64,000 nucleotides of DNA from Candidatus Latescibacterota bacterium (lineage in GTDB: Bacteria; Latescibacterota; UBA2968; GCA-2709665). Shown here in pieces: positions 49,819 to 59,046 of the stretch (the stretch's first letter is position 1; every line of letters starts with the position of its first letter). The notes under the pieces were generated by a model, which saw only the letters and a list, made by a program, of their open reading frames with translations, was not told the origin of the DNA and did not search any database. The DNA is taken from contig OZ242358.1 in assembly GCA_965208835.1 (NCBI GenBank), positions 192,001 through 256,000 of the forward strand, given 5' to 3'. Position numbers and translations under genes: made by a program.

Positions 49819-50901
49819 ATGACCGTCAGGATGATTTCCGCACTGGCAATTGTCTCGAGCCTGACAGGCTGCGGTTCACCCGTACCGACGTCTCCGGAAG
49901 CGACGGGCGATCTGTCGGGTTTCGAAGTTGCCGGTCAAATGACGGAAAGGCGGTTCTGGCACGCGTCGGTGTTGTTGCAGGATGGAACTGTCCTAATTAC
50001 GGGCGGCGCCGCAACTGAAAACCCGGGTCAGGTGTCAAACTCACTTTTTCGTGCCAGCACGGAGGTGTTCGACCCCGTAACGGGGACCTCGAGCCGAAGG
50101 GGCAATCTGTCGCTGCCACGAATACTCGACATGGGAATATTGCTGCCGGACGGCCGGGTCCTTCTGGCGGGAGCGGACGAGGCGCCTCTGGAGTTTTTCG
50201 ATCCGCGGACCGGGCGGTTCACCCCTGAGCCCTATCTTCCGGCATTCGCAAGGATCTGGTCATTCACGTTAATGCCCAATGGCAAGATCCTGACATATTA
50301 CTCTCTGGGTGTTGCCATCTTTGACACCGCTACGCGTGAATTCACGTCACTCCCCGGGACGGTCGTCATTCGCACGGGGCATACGGCAACTTTGCTGCGG
50401 GATGGGCGGGTTCTCATCGTTGGCGGCGTCAATGCCTCGGGCATCGTGAAAGCGTCCGAAATCTACGATCCGTCGTCCAATACGCTTACCCGCACCGGTG
50501 AGCTGAGATACGAACGGCAGGATCACAGAGCGATTCTCCTCCAGGACGGCAGCGTGCTGGTTATTGGCGGGACCACCGGGGACGAGGGATCAGAAGAGTC
50601 GGTTACCGCCGCCGAGCGATACAACCCCGCAACGGGGACGTTTACATCAGAAGGGGATCCCGGATTTGAAGCGATTCATGCTGCCACGTTACTGCCATCG
50701 GGCGAAGTCTTCATTATCGGGGAAAGCGGCGAGGTCATTCTCTACGATCCCGCCACCGGCGCGTTCGGTCCTACCGGAGACAGCATAGGCGAGAATCGCG
50801 CGTTTTATACGACAACGCTGCTTCGCGACGGCCGTGTGCTGATCGCTGGAGGCTTGAAGGACCTCCAGGCGACGGACCAGATCCTTATATACAGACCATA
50901 G
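49819..50901 (+). CDS. Kelch-repeat beta-propeller lipoprotein (kelch 2)
   Basis: Lipobox LTG-C-GS; HTATLLRDGRVLIVGG repeats; ends DQILIYRP. Confidence 0.88.
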   Translation: MTVRMISALAIVSSLTGCGSPVPTSPEATGDLSGFEVAGQMTERRFWHASVLLQDGTVLITGGAATENPGQVSNSLFRASTEVFDPVTGTSSRRGNLSLPRILDMGILLPDGRVLLAGADEAPLEFFDPRTGRFTPEPYLPAFARIWSFTLMPNGKILTYYSLGVAIFDTATREFTSLPGTVVIRTGHTATLLRDGRVLIVGGVNASGIVKASEIYDPSSNTLTRTGELRYERQDHRAILLQDGSVLVIGGTTGDEGSEESVTAAERYNPATGTFTSEGDPGFEAIHAATLLPSGEVFIIGESGEVILYDPATGAFGPTGDSIGENRAFYTTTLLRDGRVLIAGGLKDLQATDQILIYRP

Positions 50902-50955
50902 CGTCCTGGCGGGCAGCCAAAAGGCGGTTAGACGGGAGAGGTAACGCCGTCGGCC

Positions 50956-51060
50956 GGGCGCCCACAAGGGACGCCCCTACAAAGCCCGATCATCCGCAAA
51001 TTGAACTCTCTGGGTTCCGCACCGACGTTACATCTGTAGGGGCGTCCCTTGTGGGCGCCC
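50956..51060. repeat. GTAG-type REP inverted doublet
   Basis: GGGCGCCCACAAGGGACGCCCCTACA (50956-50981) and its exact reverse complement (51035-51060). Confidence 0.85.
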
Positions 51061-51094
51061 GCCTTTCCTCGGTCCGCCAACGAGGCGCCGCCCC

Positions 51095-52678
51095 ATGGCA
51101 GACTCCGGACACATTCCAATTTCCCTCCCTCTTCGTCTCTTTCTAGGCGCGTTCCCGGCCATTATGTTCGGATGGTTCGACGTTCCCGCGGCGTCTGAAG
51201 AGAGATCCCCTGCTGTCCCGTTCGAGGGACCGGTGAGTACCGACTGGTACGGGGTTTTCTTGACGTGGGATGAAATTTACGGGGACAAATATCTGGACGG
51301 CCGCGACGGAGGGTCGTTCGCCTGGGGTCCGTCGGCCTACGTGCAGAGGATGTACCTGAACCTGTATCGGACGTTCAAGGAACCGGTCTGGCTGGACAAA
51401 CTGGTACAACACATAGATCGCATTCTGATCGCCAGGTCGGACGTGCCGCCGTATGAAGTCTACGATCCGCGATACGTCGACGGATACGGGGGCTGGGGGC
51501 AGAACCGGTATAGCCAGTACAGGCCCGAATATACCGAATGGTTTTCCGACGACGGATTGATTGTCAGTCCGATCCTGGCATTCGTGGAGCTGGTCTGGGA
51601 GGACCCGTCCTTACACGCGGCGTACAGGTCCAAAGCGGATGAATTCCTGCGCGTTGTTGAAGAGGATGTGATCGCCAAGTGGCACGCGAACTGGGCGCCT
51701 GACCCCGGGTGGACGGCGGACGACTCCAGCCGCTTCGGTGAGGACGCGGGATACCACGTATACGAATGGTCGGGGTGGAAGCGCCAGCCGCTGAATATGT
51801 TCCTGTCGTTTGCGGATGCGCTGGTTACGCTCCGTCGCCTATCCATGTCGCCGTATTACAAGCCGCGAAGTACGGGTTTCGCACCGTTTTACGCAGACCA
51901 GAGCGAGCAGATGTTACGGTACTTTCACGATCAACTGCTGTACGACCCGCAAGCGGAGGCTTATACCTGGAAATACGGTCCCGAAAGCCACTGGCCCGAA
52001 CTGATGGAGGACGTCGGACATGCCTTTATCGATATCCAGGCGGCGCTGCAGGGGGTCCGAAGCGGTCTGAGTTTCACCCGGAAGGACCTTGAGAGAATGG
52101 CCAATACGTTCGTCCGCCACGTCTGGAACGGGAGCCTCGAGGAGCCGTCTTTCAGGTATTACATAGACGGCGAGGCAAGCAAGCTCGACGCGGAACGGGG
52201 CTGGAGGGGGTGGGGGTTTCTCTACCTGGCGGGGTACGACTACCGGATCTGGGAATCGATGGCCGCATACTTCGAAAAAGAGATTTCGATTCAGGCGTGG
52301 CCGGCTCACGTGGCGGCGACGGCCGCGATGCTGGGCATAGCCACGCAGGCATTCGACGGGTGGCAGCCCGGCGCGCCGTTGCATCTTGAAGTCGCTCGCG
52401 ATGGACAGGACGTCCAGGTTTCCTGGCGCCGCCCGGAAACCGACGCCGACGGCACGGCGCTTACGGGGCTTAAAGGGTACATCGTGTACCGGGCAACCGC
52501 GGCGGAAGGGCCGTTCGCGTCTCTGAACGAGACGCCACTGGACACCACGCGCTACGTGGATCGGGGCGCGGCATCCGGGTCCTTTCACTATCGGATTACC
52601 GCCGTGGACTACCGGCGGCCTACGAACGAGGGTCCTCCCTCGGCGACGGCTTCCGTGCTGCAGGGCGAAAGGGATTAG
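51095..52678 (+). CDS. Probable secreted protein: aromatic-rich helical domain + C-terminal fibronectin type III domain
   Basis: C-terminal PGAP.HL..VSW..P..GYIVYR..YVD..YRITAVD..NEGPPS is a typical Fn3; the N-terminal W/Y-rich helical region resembles (alpha/alpha) barrels; start uncertain. Confidence 0.7.
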   Translation: MADSGHIPISLPLRLFLGAFPAIMFGWFDVPAASEERSPAVPFEGPVSTDWYGVFLTWDEIYGDKYLDGRDGGSFAWGPSAYVQRMYLNLYRTFKEPVWLDKLVQHIDRILIARSDVPPYEVYDPRYVDGYGGWGQNRYSQYRPEYTEWFSDDGLIVSPILAFVELVWEDPSLHAAYRSKADEFLRVVEEDVIAKWHANWAPDPGWTADDSSRFGEDAGYHVYEWSGWKRQPLNMFLSFADALVTLRRLSMSPYYKPRSTGFAPFYADQSEQMLRYFHDQLLYDPQAEAYTWKYGPESHWPELMEDVGHAFIDIQAALQGVRSGLSFTRKDLERMANTFVRHVWNGSLEEPSFRYYIDGEASKLDAERGWRGWGFLYLAGYDYRIWESMAAYFEKEISIQAWPAHVAATAAMLGIATQAFDGWQPGAPLHLEVARDGQDVQVSWRRPETDADGTALTGLKGYIVYRATAAEGPFASLNETPLDTTRYVDRGAASGSFHYRITAVDYRRPTNEGPPSATASVLQGERD

Positions 52679-52742
52679 CCCACCGCGTACGTCGGACTGT
52701 GATTGTGTCACCGCAAAATTATCTTATATTTGCATAATTTTC

Positions 52743-52756
52743 AGGTCATATGACCT
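52743..52756. promoter_or_regulatory. Perfect 14-bp palindrome, candidate XRE operator
   Basis: AGGTCATATGACCT in the AT-rich region upstream of the XRE gene. Confidence 0.5.
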
Positions 52757-52910
52757 TGATTATCGCGATATTGAATAACTTCACGCCTCGAACTGCCAGT
52801 TTGGGGCATGAATGAGTTTACACCATGGGTTTTCAGTTTCCAGGCCGTTCAGCAAACGAATGAACAGATCTACCGAGTAAGGTTCAACAGTTTGAGGAGG
52901 GAATATCGGG

Positions 52911-53567
52911 ATGGAAATACGTGAATCATCGGTGTCCGAATTGGTGTCTGGCGCCGCGCAGGTAGAGACACTTGACAACAAAGAGGAAGGTCGCGCAGGA
53001 GATTACGATGTGTCCCGGGCTTTATCCGACCTGCGTTGCTCTCAGAAATTGACGCAGGAGGAACTGGCGGAACGGGCCGGCTGCACACAGAGCAAGATCT
53101 CGAGAATCGAAAACAGCAGCAACGATCGGCTCAAACTCGATGACCTGACGATGTACGCCCGCGCTTTCAATATGCAGGTTTCGATTGATTTCACACGGGA
53201 ATCGTCTTCCGCAGACGCCACCGAACGCCTCGCGCGCCAGATCAGGAACGGCCTTGTCGACGTGGCTGAAAGGGCGCGGCACGAAGGGGCCGCAGACGAA
53301 GGCGCGAAGAAGACTTACGAAGCATTCCTGTTTTCGATGCTCGAACTATTCATCGATAACCTGGAGGGGCTTCGCGCGCACCGCAACGACTCGCCGGAAT
53401 CTGGAGAGACGACGAGGGCGGGCAATGGCAGGCCGATGGGTCCCGCGGGCCAGAAAGAAACATTGAACCGCGAGAGACGGAATAACGGCTCTAGCGGATT
53501 CAGGATATACACACCGGTCGACGTCAATGAAGAGAACGGCAGGACCGAATCCCAACGCGAGCAGTGA
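52911..53567 (+). CDS. XRE-family (HTH_3) transcriptional regulator
   Basis: LR..QKLTQEELAERAGCTQSKISRIEN; RBS GAGGAGG. Confidence 0.88.
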   Translation: MEIRESSVSELVSGAAQVETLDNKEEGRAGDYDVSRALSDLRCSQKLTQEELAERAGCTQSKISRIENSSNDRLKLDDLTMYARAFNMQVSIDFTRESSSADATERLARQIRNGLVDVAERARHEGAADEGAKKTYEAFLFSMLELFIDNLEGLRAHRNDSPESGETTRAGNGRPMGPAGQKETLNRERRNNGSSGFRIYTPVDVNEENGRTESQREQ

Positions 53568-53608
53568 GGAAGCCGGTGTGAAGGTGGGGTGGACATTCCT
53601 GTCTGCCC
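53568..53608. repeat. Boundary REP-like element in kelch-array orientation (other copies at 54969-55009, 56215-56254, 57475-57513, 60218-60257)
   Basis: GGAAGCCGGT.TG..GGTGGGGCGGACATTCCTGTCTGCCC consensus, the reverse complement of the element before each permease. Confidence 0.9.
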
Positions 53609-53669
53609 GCCTCGCCAGCCTTAGCGCGTAGATGTCGCATTCACAGTCCCTCGCTGTGGAGTAAAGAAA

Positions 53670-54764
53670 ATGACAACCAGATTCTTGTTCGCACTATTAT
53701 TCCTATTGGGCGTCTGGGCCTGCGGTGGGGACTCGGTCACAACGCCGGAGCAGCCGGCCCTTGAACGGGGTCTCCACGAGGTCGGTATCATGACCCAGCC
53801 TCGGCTTCAACATTTCGCGACGTTAATGCAGAATGGCAAGGTTCTGATCGGGGGCGGATACGAGGAACCGCTCTCAACCCGTCGCATCAGCGCCGAAATA
53901 TTCGATCCATTGACAGGGACCTCTTCGCCAACGGGCAATATGACCGTCAGTCGATCCACGGACAAAGGTATCCTGCTTCCCGACGGTCGCATCCTGGTCA
54001 TGCCCAGATATCATGATTTCCCCGTTGAAATCTACGATCCTCACTCCGCTCGATTCGAAGCCCTGGCGAAAATTCCCTGGTTTCCGCCCATTGCCACTGC
54101 AAATTTGCTTCAAAGCGGCAGGATATTTGTGACCACACAGCAGCACACGGCTCTCTTCGACCCCGCTGCCGGCGCCTTTACCTCCGTAGTCGCGATGGAG
54201 GAAACACGAAAAAACCATACGTCGACGTTGCTATTGGACGGCCACGTGCTGATCGTCGGCGGGAGCACGGGGAATAACGAGTTGACCGGACGGAATCTGA
54301 TCTACCATCCCTCGTCAAATGGTTTTACGGAAGCCGGTCGTCTGCAGGTTGACCGCTGGGGCCATACGGCCTTGCTTCTCCATGACGGGAGAGTTCTGAT
54401 CCTGGGCGGCCATACCGGTTCGGAACAGGCAATCCTTGCCGAGATGTACGACACCGAAACCGACACGTTCTCGCCGGTCGGAGTGGCCGTGATTTCGCCG
54501 CTGGCTGCTCTGCTGCTGCCGTCCGGCAGAGTGTTGCTCATCCACGAGCCCAACGGCAATATCGTACTTTACAATCCGGATACGCATGAATTATCTCCTA
54601 CAGTGTACAGCATAGGACCGTGGCGAAGCGGCGCGACGGTTACGCTCCTTGAAGACAACCGGGTAATGATTGCCGGCGGCTGGAAGTACAGGGACAGCGC
54701 GACGCAAAGCGGGCAGGGTCAAGAGCGGGAGATGTCGGACCAGATTCTTATTTTCACGCCTTGA
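53670..54764 (+). CDS. Kelch-repeat beta-propeller lipoprotein (kelch 3)
   Basis: Lipobox VWA-C-GGD; kelch motifs; ends DQILIFTP. Confidence 0.9.
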   Translation: MTTRFLFALLFLLGVWACGGDSVTTPEQPALERGLHEVGIMTQPRLQHFATLMQNGKVLIGGGYEEPLSTRRISAEIFDPLTGTSSPTGNMTVSRSTDKGILLPDGRILVMPRYHDFPVEIYDPHSARFEALAKIPWFPPIATANLLQSGRIFVTTQQHTALFDPAAGAFTSVVAMEETRKNHTSTLLLDGHVLIVGGSTGNNELTGRNLIYHPSSNGFTEAGRLQVDRWGHTALLLHDGRVLILGGHTGSEQAILAEMYDTETDTFSPVGVAVISPLAALLLPSGRVLLIHEPNGNIVLYNPDTHELSPTVYSIGPWRSGATVTLLEDNRVMIAGGWKYRDSATQSGQGQEREMSDQILIFTP

Positions 54765-54799
54765 GAATAACCGTGTAACTGATCTGTCATGATGAGGAA

Positions 54800-55010
54800 A
54801 CCGCCATGCTGGCGATGGGTCCCCGCGCACAGGTTCGTCTACAATGGCCAAACGCTACCCGTACAATCGCGAAGACGGGAGATTCTTCGCTGCGCTCAGA
54901 ATGACATGTGCTGTAATGTCCATCAGCGAAATGTGTCGGTGATACGTCGGCGTAGACCGCCACGCAGAGGAAGCCGGTTTGAGGGTGGGCCCGACATTCC
55001 TGTCTGCCCG
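54800..55010. repeat. Mosaic REP-like spacer
   Basis: GAGATTCTTCGCTGCGCTCAGAATGAC plus a flank shared with 60590-60700; inverse of the permease spacers. Confidence 0.8.
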
Positions 55011-55070
55011 CATCGCAAGGCTCATCGTGTCGATGTCGCACCCCGAGAACCTTGATTTGGGGGAAAGTAG

Positions 55071-56183
55071 ATGACTGCCAGAATCTTGTTTGGACTGTTA
55101 ATCGCCTCAAGCTTCTGGGCTTGCGGGAGCGACTCGGTGACGACGCCGGAGCAGCCGGACCGCGAGAGGGGACTCCACGAGGTCGGTACTATGAGCCAGC
55201 CGCGCTATATGCACGGCGCAACTCTATTGCAAGGTGGAGAGGTCCTGATCGCCGGGGGCAACGCGGCACTACCTCCTGCGGGAGAAGGTGTTTGGGAGTT
55301 CGATGGTCTTGTCAGCGCGGAGATTTTCGATCCTGAAACCGGGGTCTCAACGCCAACGGGAGACCTGACCGCCAGTCGATATGACGACCACGGCATATTG
55401 CTTCCTGACGGTCGTGCCCTGATCGTATCCGGTGTTCTTAATATCCCCATTGAGATGTACGACCCTCACTCCGGCAGATTCGATTCCGCGGCAAACGCGC
55501 CCTGGACAAATGGAGCCAGGACTGCCACCCTGCTGCCCAACGGAGAGGTCTTTTTGACCAGCTCCTTACAAGCGGGTGTCTTCAGCCCCGCTAAAGGTGC
55601 GTTTTCCGCCACATTCCGGATGTTTCCTAACCGTGTTGGCCATACGGCGACTCTGTTGAAGGACGGCAGGGTGTTGATCGTTGGAGGTAAACTCTGGGGA
55701 GGGGAATGGTTGCTGGGACAGAATCTTATCTATGATCCCTCGTTCGAAGCCTTTTCGGAAGCAGGTAACTTGCAGTTCGACCGCGCACACCATAAGGCGG
55801 TGCTTCTTCAGGACGGCAGGGTATTGATCGTCGGCGGCCACACCGATCCTTGGGATCGCGTACAGACGGCCGAGATCTACGATCCCAAAACAGACACCTT
55901 CTCTCCCGCCGGAACTTCCGCAATGGATCCGTTGGCCGCCCTGTTGCTGCCGTCCGGCAGGGTATTTTTCATTCACTCAGACAACGGCAATATCTCCTTT
56001 TATAATCCGGATACTCAATTATTTTCGCCGCCTACAGGGCACAGTCTAGGTTCGTGGCGAAACGGGGCGACGGTAACGCCCCTCGAAGACGGTCGCGTAG
56101 TTATAGCCGGCGGATTGAAATGGCGTGATGACAGTCATTCTCATGAGTCGATATCGGATCAGATTTTCATCTTCACGCCATGA
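55071..56183 (+). CDS. Kelch-repeat beta-propeller lipoprotein (kelch 4)
   Basis: Lipobox FWA-C-GSD; HTATLLKDGRVLIVGG; ends DQIFIFTP. Confidence 0.9.
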   Translation: MTARILFGLLIASSFWACGSDSVTTPEQPDRERGLHEVGTMSQPRYMHGATLLQGGEVLIAGGNAALPPAGEGVWEFDGLVSAEIFDPETGVSTPTGDLTASRYDDHGILLPDGRALIVSGVLNIPIEMYDPHSGRFDSAANAPWTNGARTATLLPNGEVFLTSSLQAGVFSPAKGAFSATFRMFPNRVGHTATLLKDGRVLIVGGKLWGGEWLLGQNLIYDPSFEAFSEAGNLQFDRAHHKAVLLQDGRVLIVGGHTDPWDRVQTAEIYDPKTDTFSPAGTSAMDPLAALLLPSGRVFFIHSDNGNISFYNPDTQLFSPPTGHSLGSWRNGATVTPLEDGRVVIAGGLKWRDDSHSHESISDQIFIFTP

Positions 56184-56315
56184 GAGTCACAGGAGTCACT
56201 TTTGTCGACCGGATGAAGCCGGTGTGTGGTTGGGGCGGACATTCCTGTCTGCCCGCGTCGCCAGCCCGATCGCAAAGCCGTCTCACTCACTGACCCTTGA
56301 TGCGGGGGAAGGAAA

Positions 56316-57443
56316 ATGACCGCCAGAATCTTGTTTGCGCTGTTAATCGTCTCGAGCCTCTGGGCTTGCGGGAGCGATTCGGTGACGGCGCCGGCCCTTG
56401 AACGGGGTCTCCACGAGGTCGGCAATCTGAGCCAGCCCCGGTATTGGCATGCCGCGACTTTGTTGCAGAACGGCAAGGTCCTGATCGCGGGCGGCCTCGA
56501 GGAACTGCCTGTCGTACTCGAGGGGCCGCCTCCTCCGAATACCGACATACCCCAGCCGAAGCGTCTCATCAGCGCGGAAATATTCGACCCTGAAACCGGG
56601 ACCTCAACGCCAACGGGAGACCTGGCCGCCAGTCGCAGCGAGGACCATGGAATATTGCTTCCCGACGGCCGGGTCCTGATCATACCCGGAAATCCCAATC
56701 TGCCCATTGAGAGGTACGATGCTCATTCCGGCAGATTCAACCCTGTGGCAGTTTTGCCTGGGAGAGTTGGGATTCTGACTGCCACTTTGCTTCTCGACGG
56801 AAAGGTCTTCCTGACCAGCACGCTATACGCGGGTGTGTTCGACCCAACTACAGGCCCATTCTCCCCCCTATTCAGGATGGAACCTTCCCGAATTGGCCAC
56901 ACGGCCACTTTGTTGAAGGACGGCAGGGTGTTGATCGTTGGAGGACAGAATGTTGGAGGGGACGCAGGGTTGCTGGGACGGAATCTTATCTATGATCCCT
57001 CGACCGAAGCCCTTTCGGAAGCAGGTAACTTGCAGTTCGACCGCAGGAATCATAAGGCGGTGCTACTGGAGGACGGGAGGGTCCTGATCATAGGCGGCGC
57101 CGCCGCCGGCAGAGGGCCATTCGTGCAGACGGCAGAGATCTACGACCCGGAAGCCAATACCTATTCACCGGCCGGCGTCTCAACGATCGATCCCAGCGCC
57201 GCCCTGCTGTTGCCGTCCGGCAACGTGTTTCTTATCCGCTCGTACAACGGCGATATCGTACTGTATGATCCCGTCACGCACGCATTTTCCAATACAGGAT
57301 ACAGCATCAGCCCGCGCAGGTCCTTTGCGACGGCCACGCTCCTTGAAGACGGCCGCGTGATGGTCGCTGGCGGAATCAAGTGGACGGCTGACAATCACGA
57401 TTGGGAGTCGATTACGGATCAGATTTTCGTTTTCACCCCGTGA
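56316..57443 (+). CDS. Kelch-repeat beta-propeller lipoprotein (kelch 5)
   Basis: Lipobox LWA-C-GSD; kelch motifs; Pro-rich loop. Confidence 0.9.
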   Translation: MTARILFALLIVSSLWACGSDSVTAPALERGLHEVGNLSQPRYWHAATLLQNGKVLIAGGLEELPVVLEGPPPPNTDIPQPKRLISAEIFDPETGTSTPTGDLAASRSEDHGILLPDGRVLIIPGNPNLPIERYDAHSGRFNPVAVLPGRVGILTATLLLDGKVFLTSTLYAGVFDPTTGPFSPLFRMEPSRIGHTATLLKDGRVLIVGGQNVGGDAGLLGRNLIYDPSTEALSEAGNLQFDRRNHKAVLLEDGRVLIIGGAAAGRGPFVQTAEIYDPEANTYSPAGVSTIDPSAALLLPSGNVFLIRSYNGDIVLYDPVTHAFSNTGYSISPRRSFATATLLEDGRVMVAGGIKWTADNHDWESITDQIFVFTP

Positions 57444-57474
57444 GACACACAGGAGTCACTACTGTCAATAGGAA

Positions 57475-57815
57475 GAAGCCGGTTTGAAGGTGGGGCGGAC
57501 GTTCCTGGCTGCCGGCATCAACGTGCTGCTGTCGGAATGCAGATTGAGGGAGCAGAGGGCAGGTTTGAAACCTGCCCCTACAATTGATTTATCCGGTCAG
57601 ATTCTCATCCAGAGGACTTGTCCTGAGCTTGTCGAAGGGTCCCCCAGGCCGACGAAGGACCTACTGCAGCACGGGATCATCTCTGCGCGAATTCCATGTG
57701 GCGTTACCTGAGAGGCAGCACATCCGCCTCCTGCGCGGAACGGAAGGGCGACTCTACGACACCGTTCAGAGTCACTCATTGGGCCGCCGCCCTGAACCTG
57801 TCGAAGGGCAGGCGA
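57475..57815. repeat. Mosaic REP-like spacer
   Basis: 57475-57680 is nearly identical to 60219-60423; includes GGGCAGGTTTGAAACCTGCCCCTAC and CCTGAGCTTGTCGAAGGG. Confidence 0.85.
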
Positions 57816-57866
57816 CGGCAGATGCGGTGGGGGGATTTCAGTTCAATTTCAATTGAGGGAGAGAAT

Positions 57867-59003
57867 ATGACTGCACGAATCTTGTTTGCGTTGTTCGTCG
57901 TCACGAGCCTATGGGCTTGCGGAAGCGATTCGGTGACCACGTCGGCGCCGCCGGCCCTTGAACGGGGTCTCCACGAGGTCGGTAATCTGAGCAAGCCCCG
58001 GTATTGGCATGCCGCGACATTATTGCAGGATGGGAAGGTCCTGATCGCCGGCGGCTACGCGGAGTTGATTCCCGTACTCGATGCGCCGCCTCCCCCGAAT
58101 ACCGTTATTCCCCGGCCGGAGCGTCATATCAGCGCAGAGTTGTTCGATCCTGTGACCGGGACCACTACCCCTACGGGAGACATGACCGTGAGTCGCAGCG
58201 GGGACCACGGAATAATGCTTCCCGACGGTCGAGTCATAATCATCCCCGGATCTGCCCGTCTTCCCATCGAGATGTACGATCCCGAGTCGGGCAGATTCGA
58301 CTTTGTGGCAAACGTGCCTGGGGATGTGGGGATCCGGACTGCCACGCTACTGCCCAACGGAGAGGTCTTTTTGACCAGCACGGTACACGCGGGTGTGTTT
58401 GACCCGGATACAGGTACATTTCCCGCCGTTTTCGCTATGGATCAGCCACGATTCGGTCATACGGCGACTTTATTGAAGGACGGCCGCGTGCTGATCGTTG
58501 GGGGGAAGATAGTGGCAAGCGACACCAGGCTGGTCGGCAGAAACCTGATTTACGATTCCTCCTCCGAAGCTTTTTCAGAAGCAGGCGATCTGCAGTTCGA
58601 CCGACTGAATCACAAAGCGGTGCTTCTTCAGGACGGCGGAGTCCTGATCATGGGCGGTAGCGATGCCGATTTTCGGAAGTCCGTACAGACCGCGGAGATG
58701 TACGATCCTGAAACCAACACGTTTTCACCAGTCGGCGTTTCGACAATTGAACCGCTGGCCGCGTGGTTGCTGCCTTCCGGCAGAGTGATGTTCATACGCT
58801 CGATTAACGGCGATATCGTACTATACAATCCCGCAACACATGAATTCTCTCGCACGGGACACAGCATAGGGTGGCGGTCGTCGCCTACGGTAACGCTGCT
58901 TGCAGACGGCCGCGTGATGATTGCCGGTGGTTCGAAGGATACCGGCAGTGGACACACGTTCGAGGAGGAGATAACGGATCAGATCCTGATCTTCACGCCT
59001 TAG
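57867..59003 (+). CDS. Kelch-repeat beta-propeller lipoprotein (kelch 6)
   Basis: ATG 57867 (MTARILFALF) after GAGGGAG; lipobox LWA-C; kelch motifs. Confidence 0.9.
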   Translation: MTARILFALFVVTSLWACGSDSVTTSAPPALERGLHEVGNLSKPRYWHAATLLQDGKVLIAGGYAELIPVLDAPPPPNTVIPRPERHISAELFDPVTGTTTPTGDMTVSRSGDHGIMLPDGRVIIIPGSARLPIEMYDPESGRFDFVANVPGDVGIRTATLLPNGEVFLTSTVHAGVFDPDTGTFPAVFAMDQPRFGHTATLLKDGRVLIVGGKIVASDTRLVGRNLIYDSSSEAFSEAGDLQFDRLNHKAVLLQDGGVLIMGGSDADFRKSVQTAEMYDPETNTFSPVGVSTIEPLAAWLLPSGRVMFIRSINGDIVLYNPATHEFSRTGHSIGWRSSPTVTLLADGRVMIAGGSKDTGSGHTFEEEITDQILIFTP

Positions 59004-59046
59004 AGACGCGCTTAAAGACATCAGGTCTAACCCCGGGGGAAAGAAA

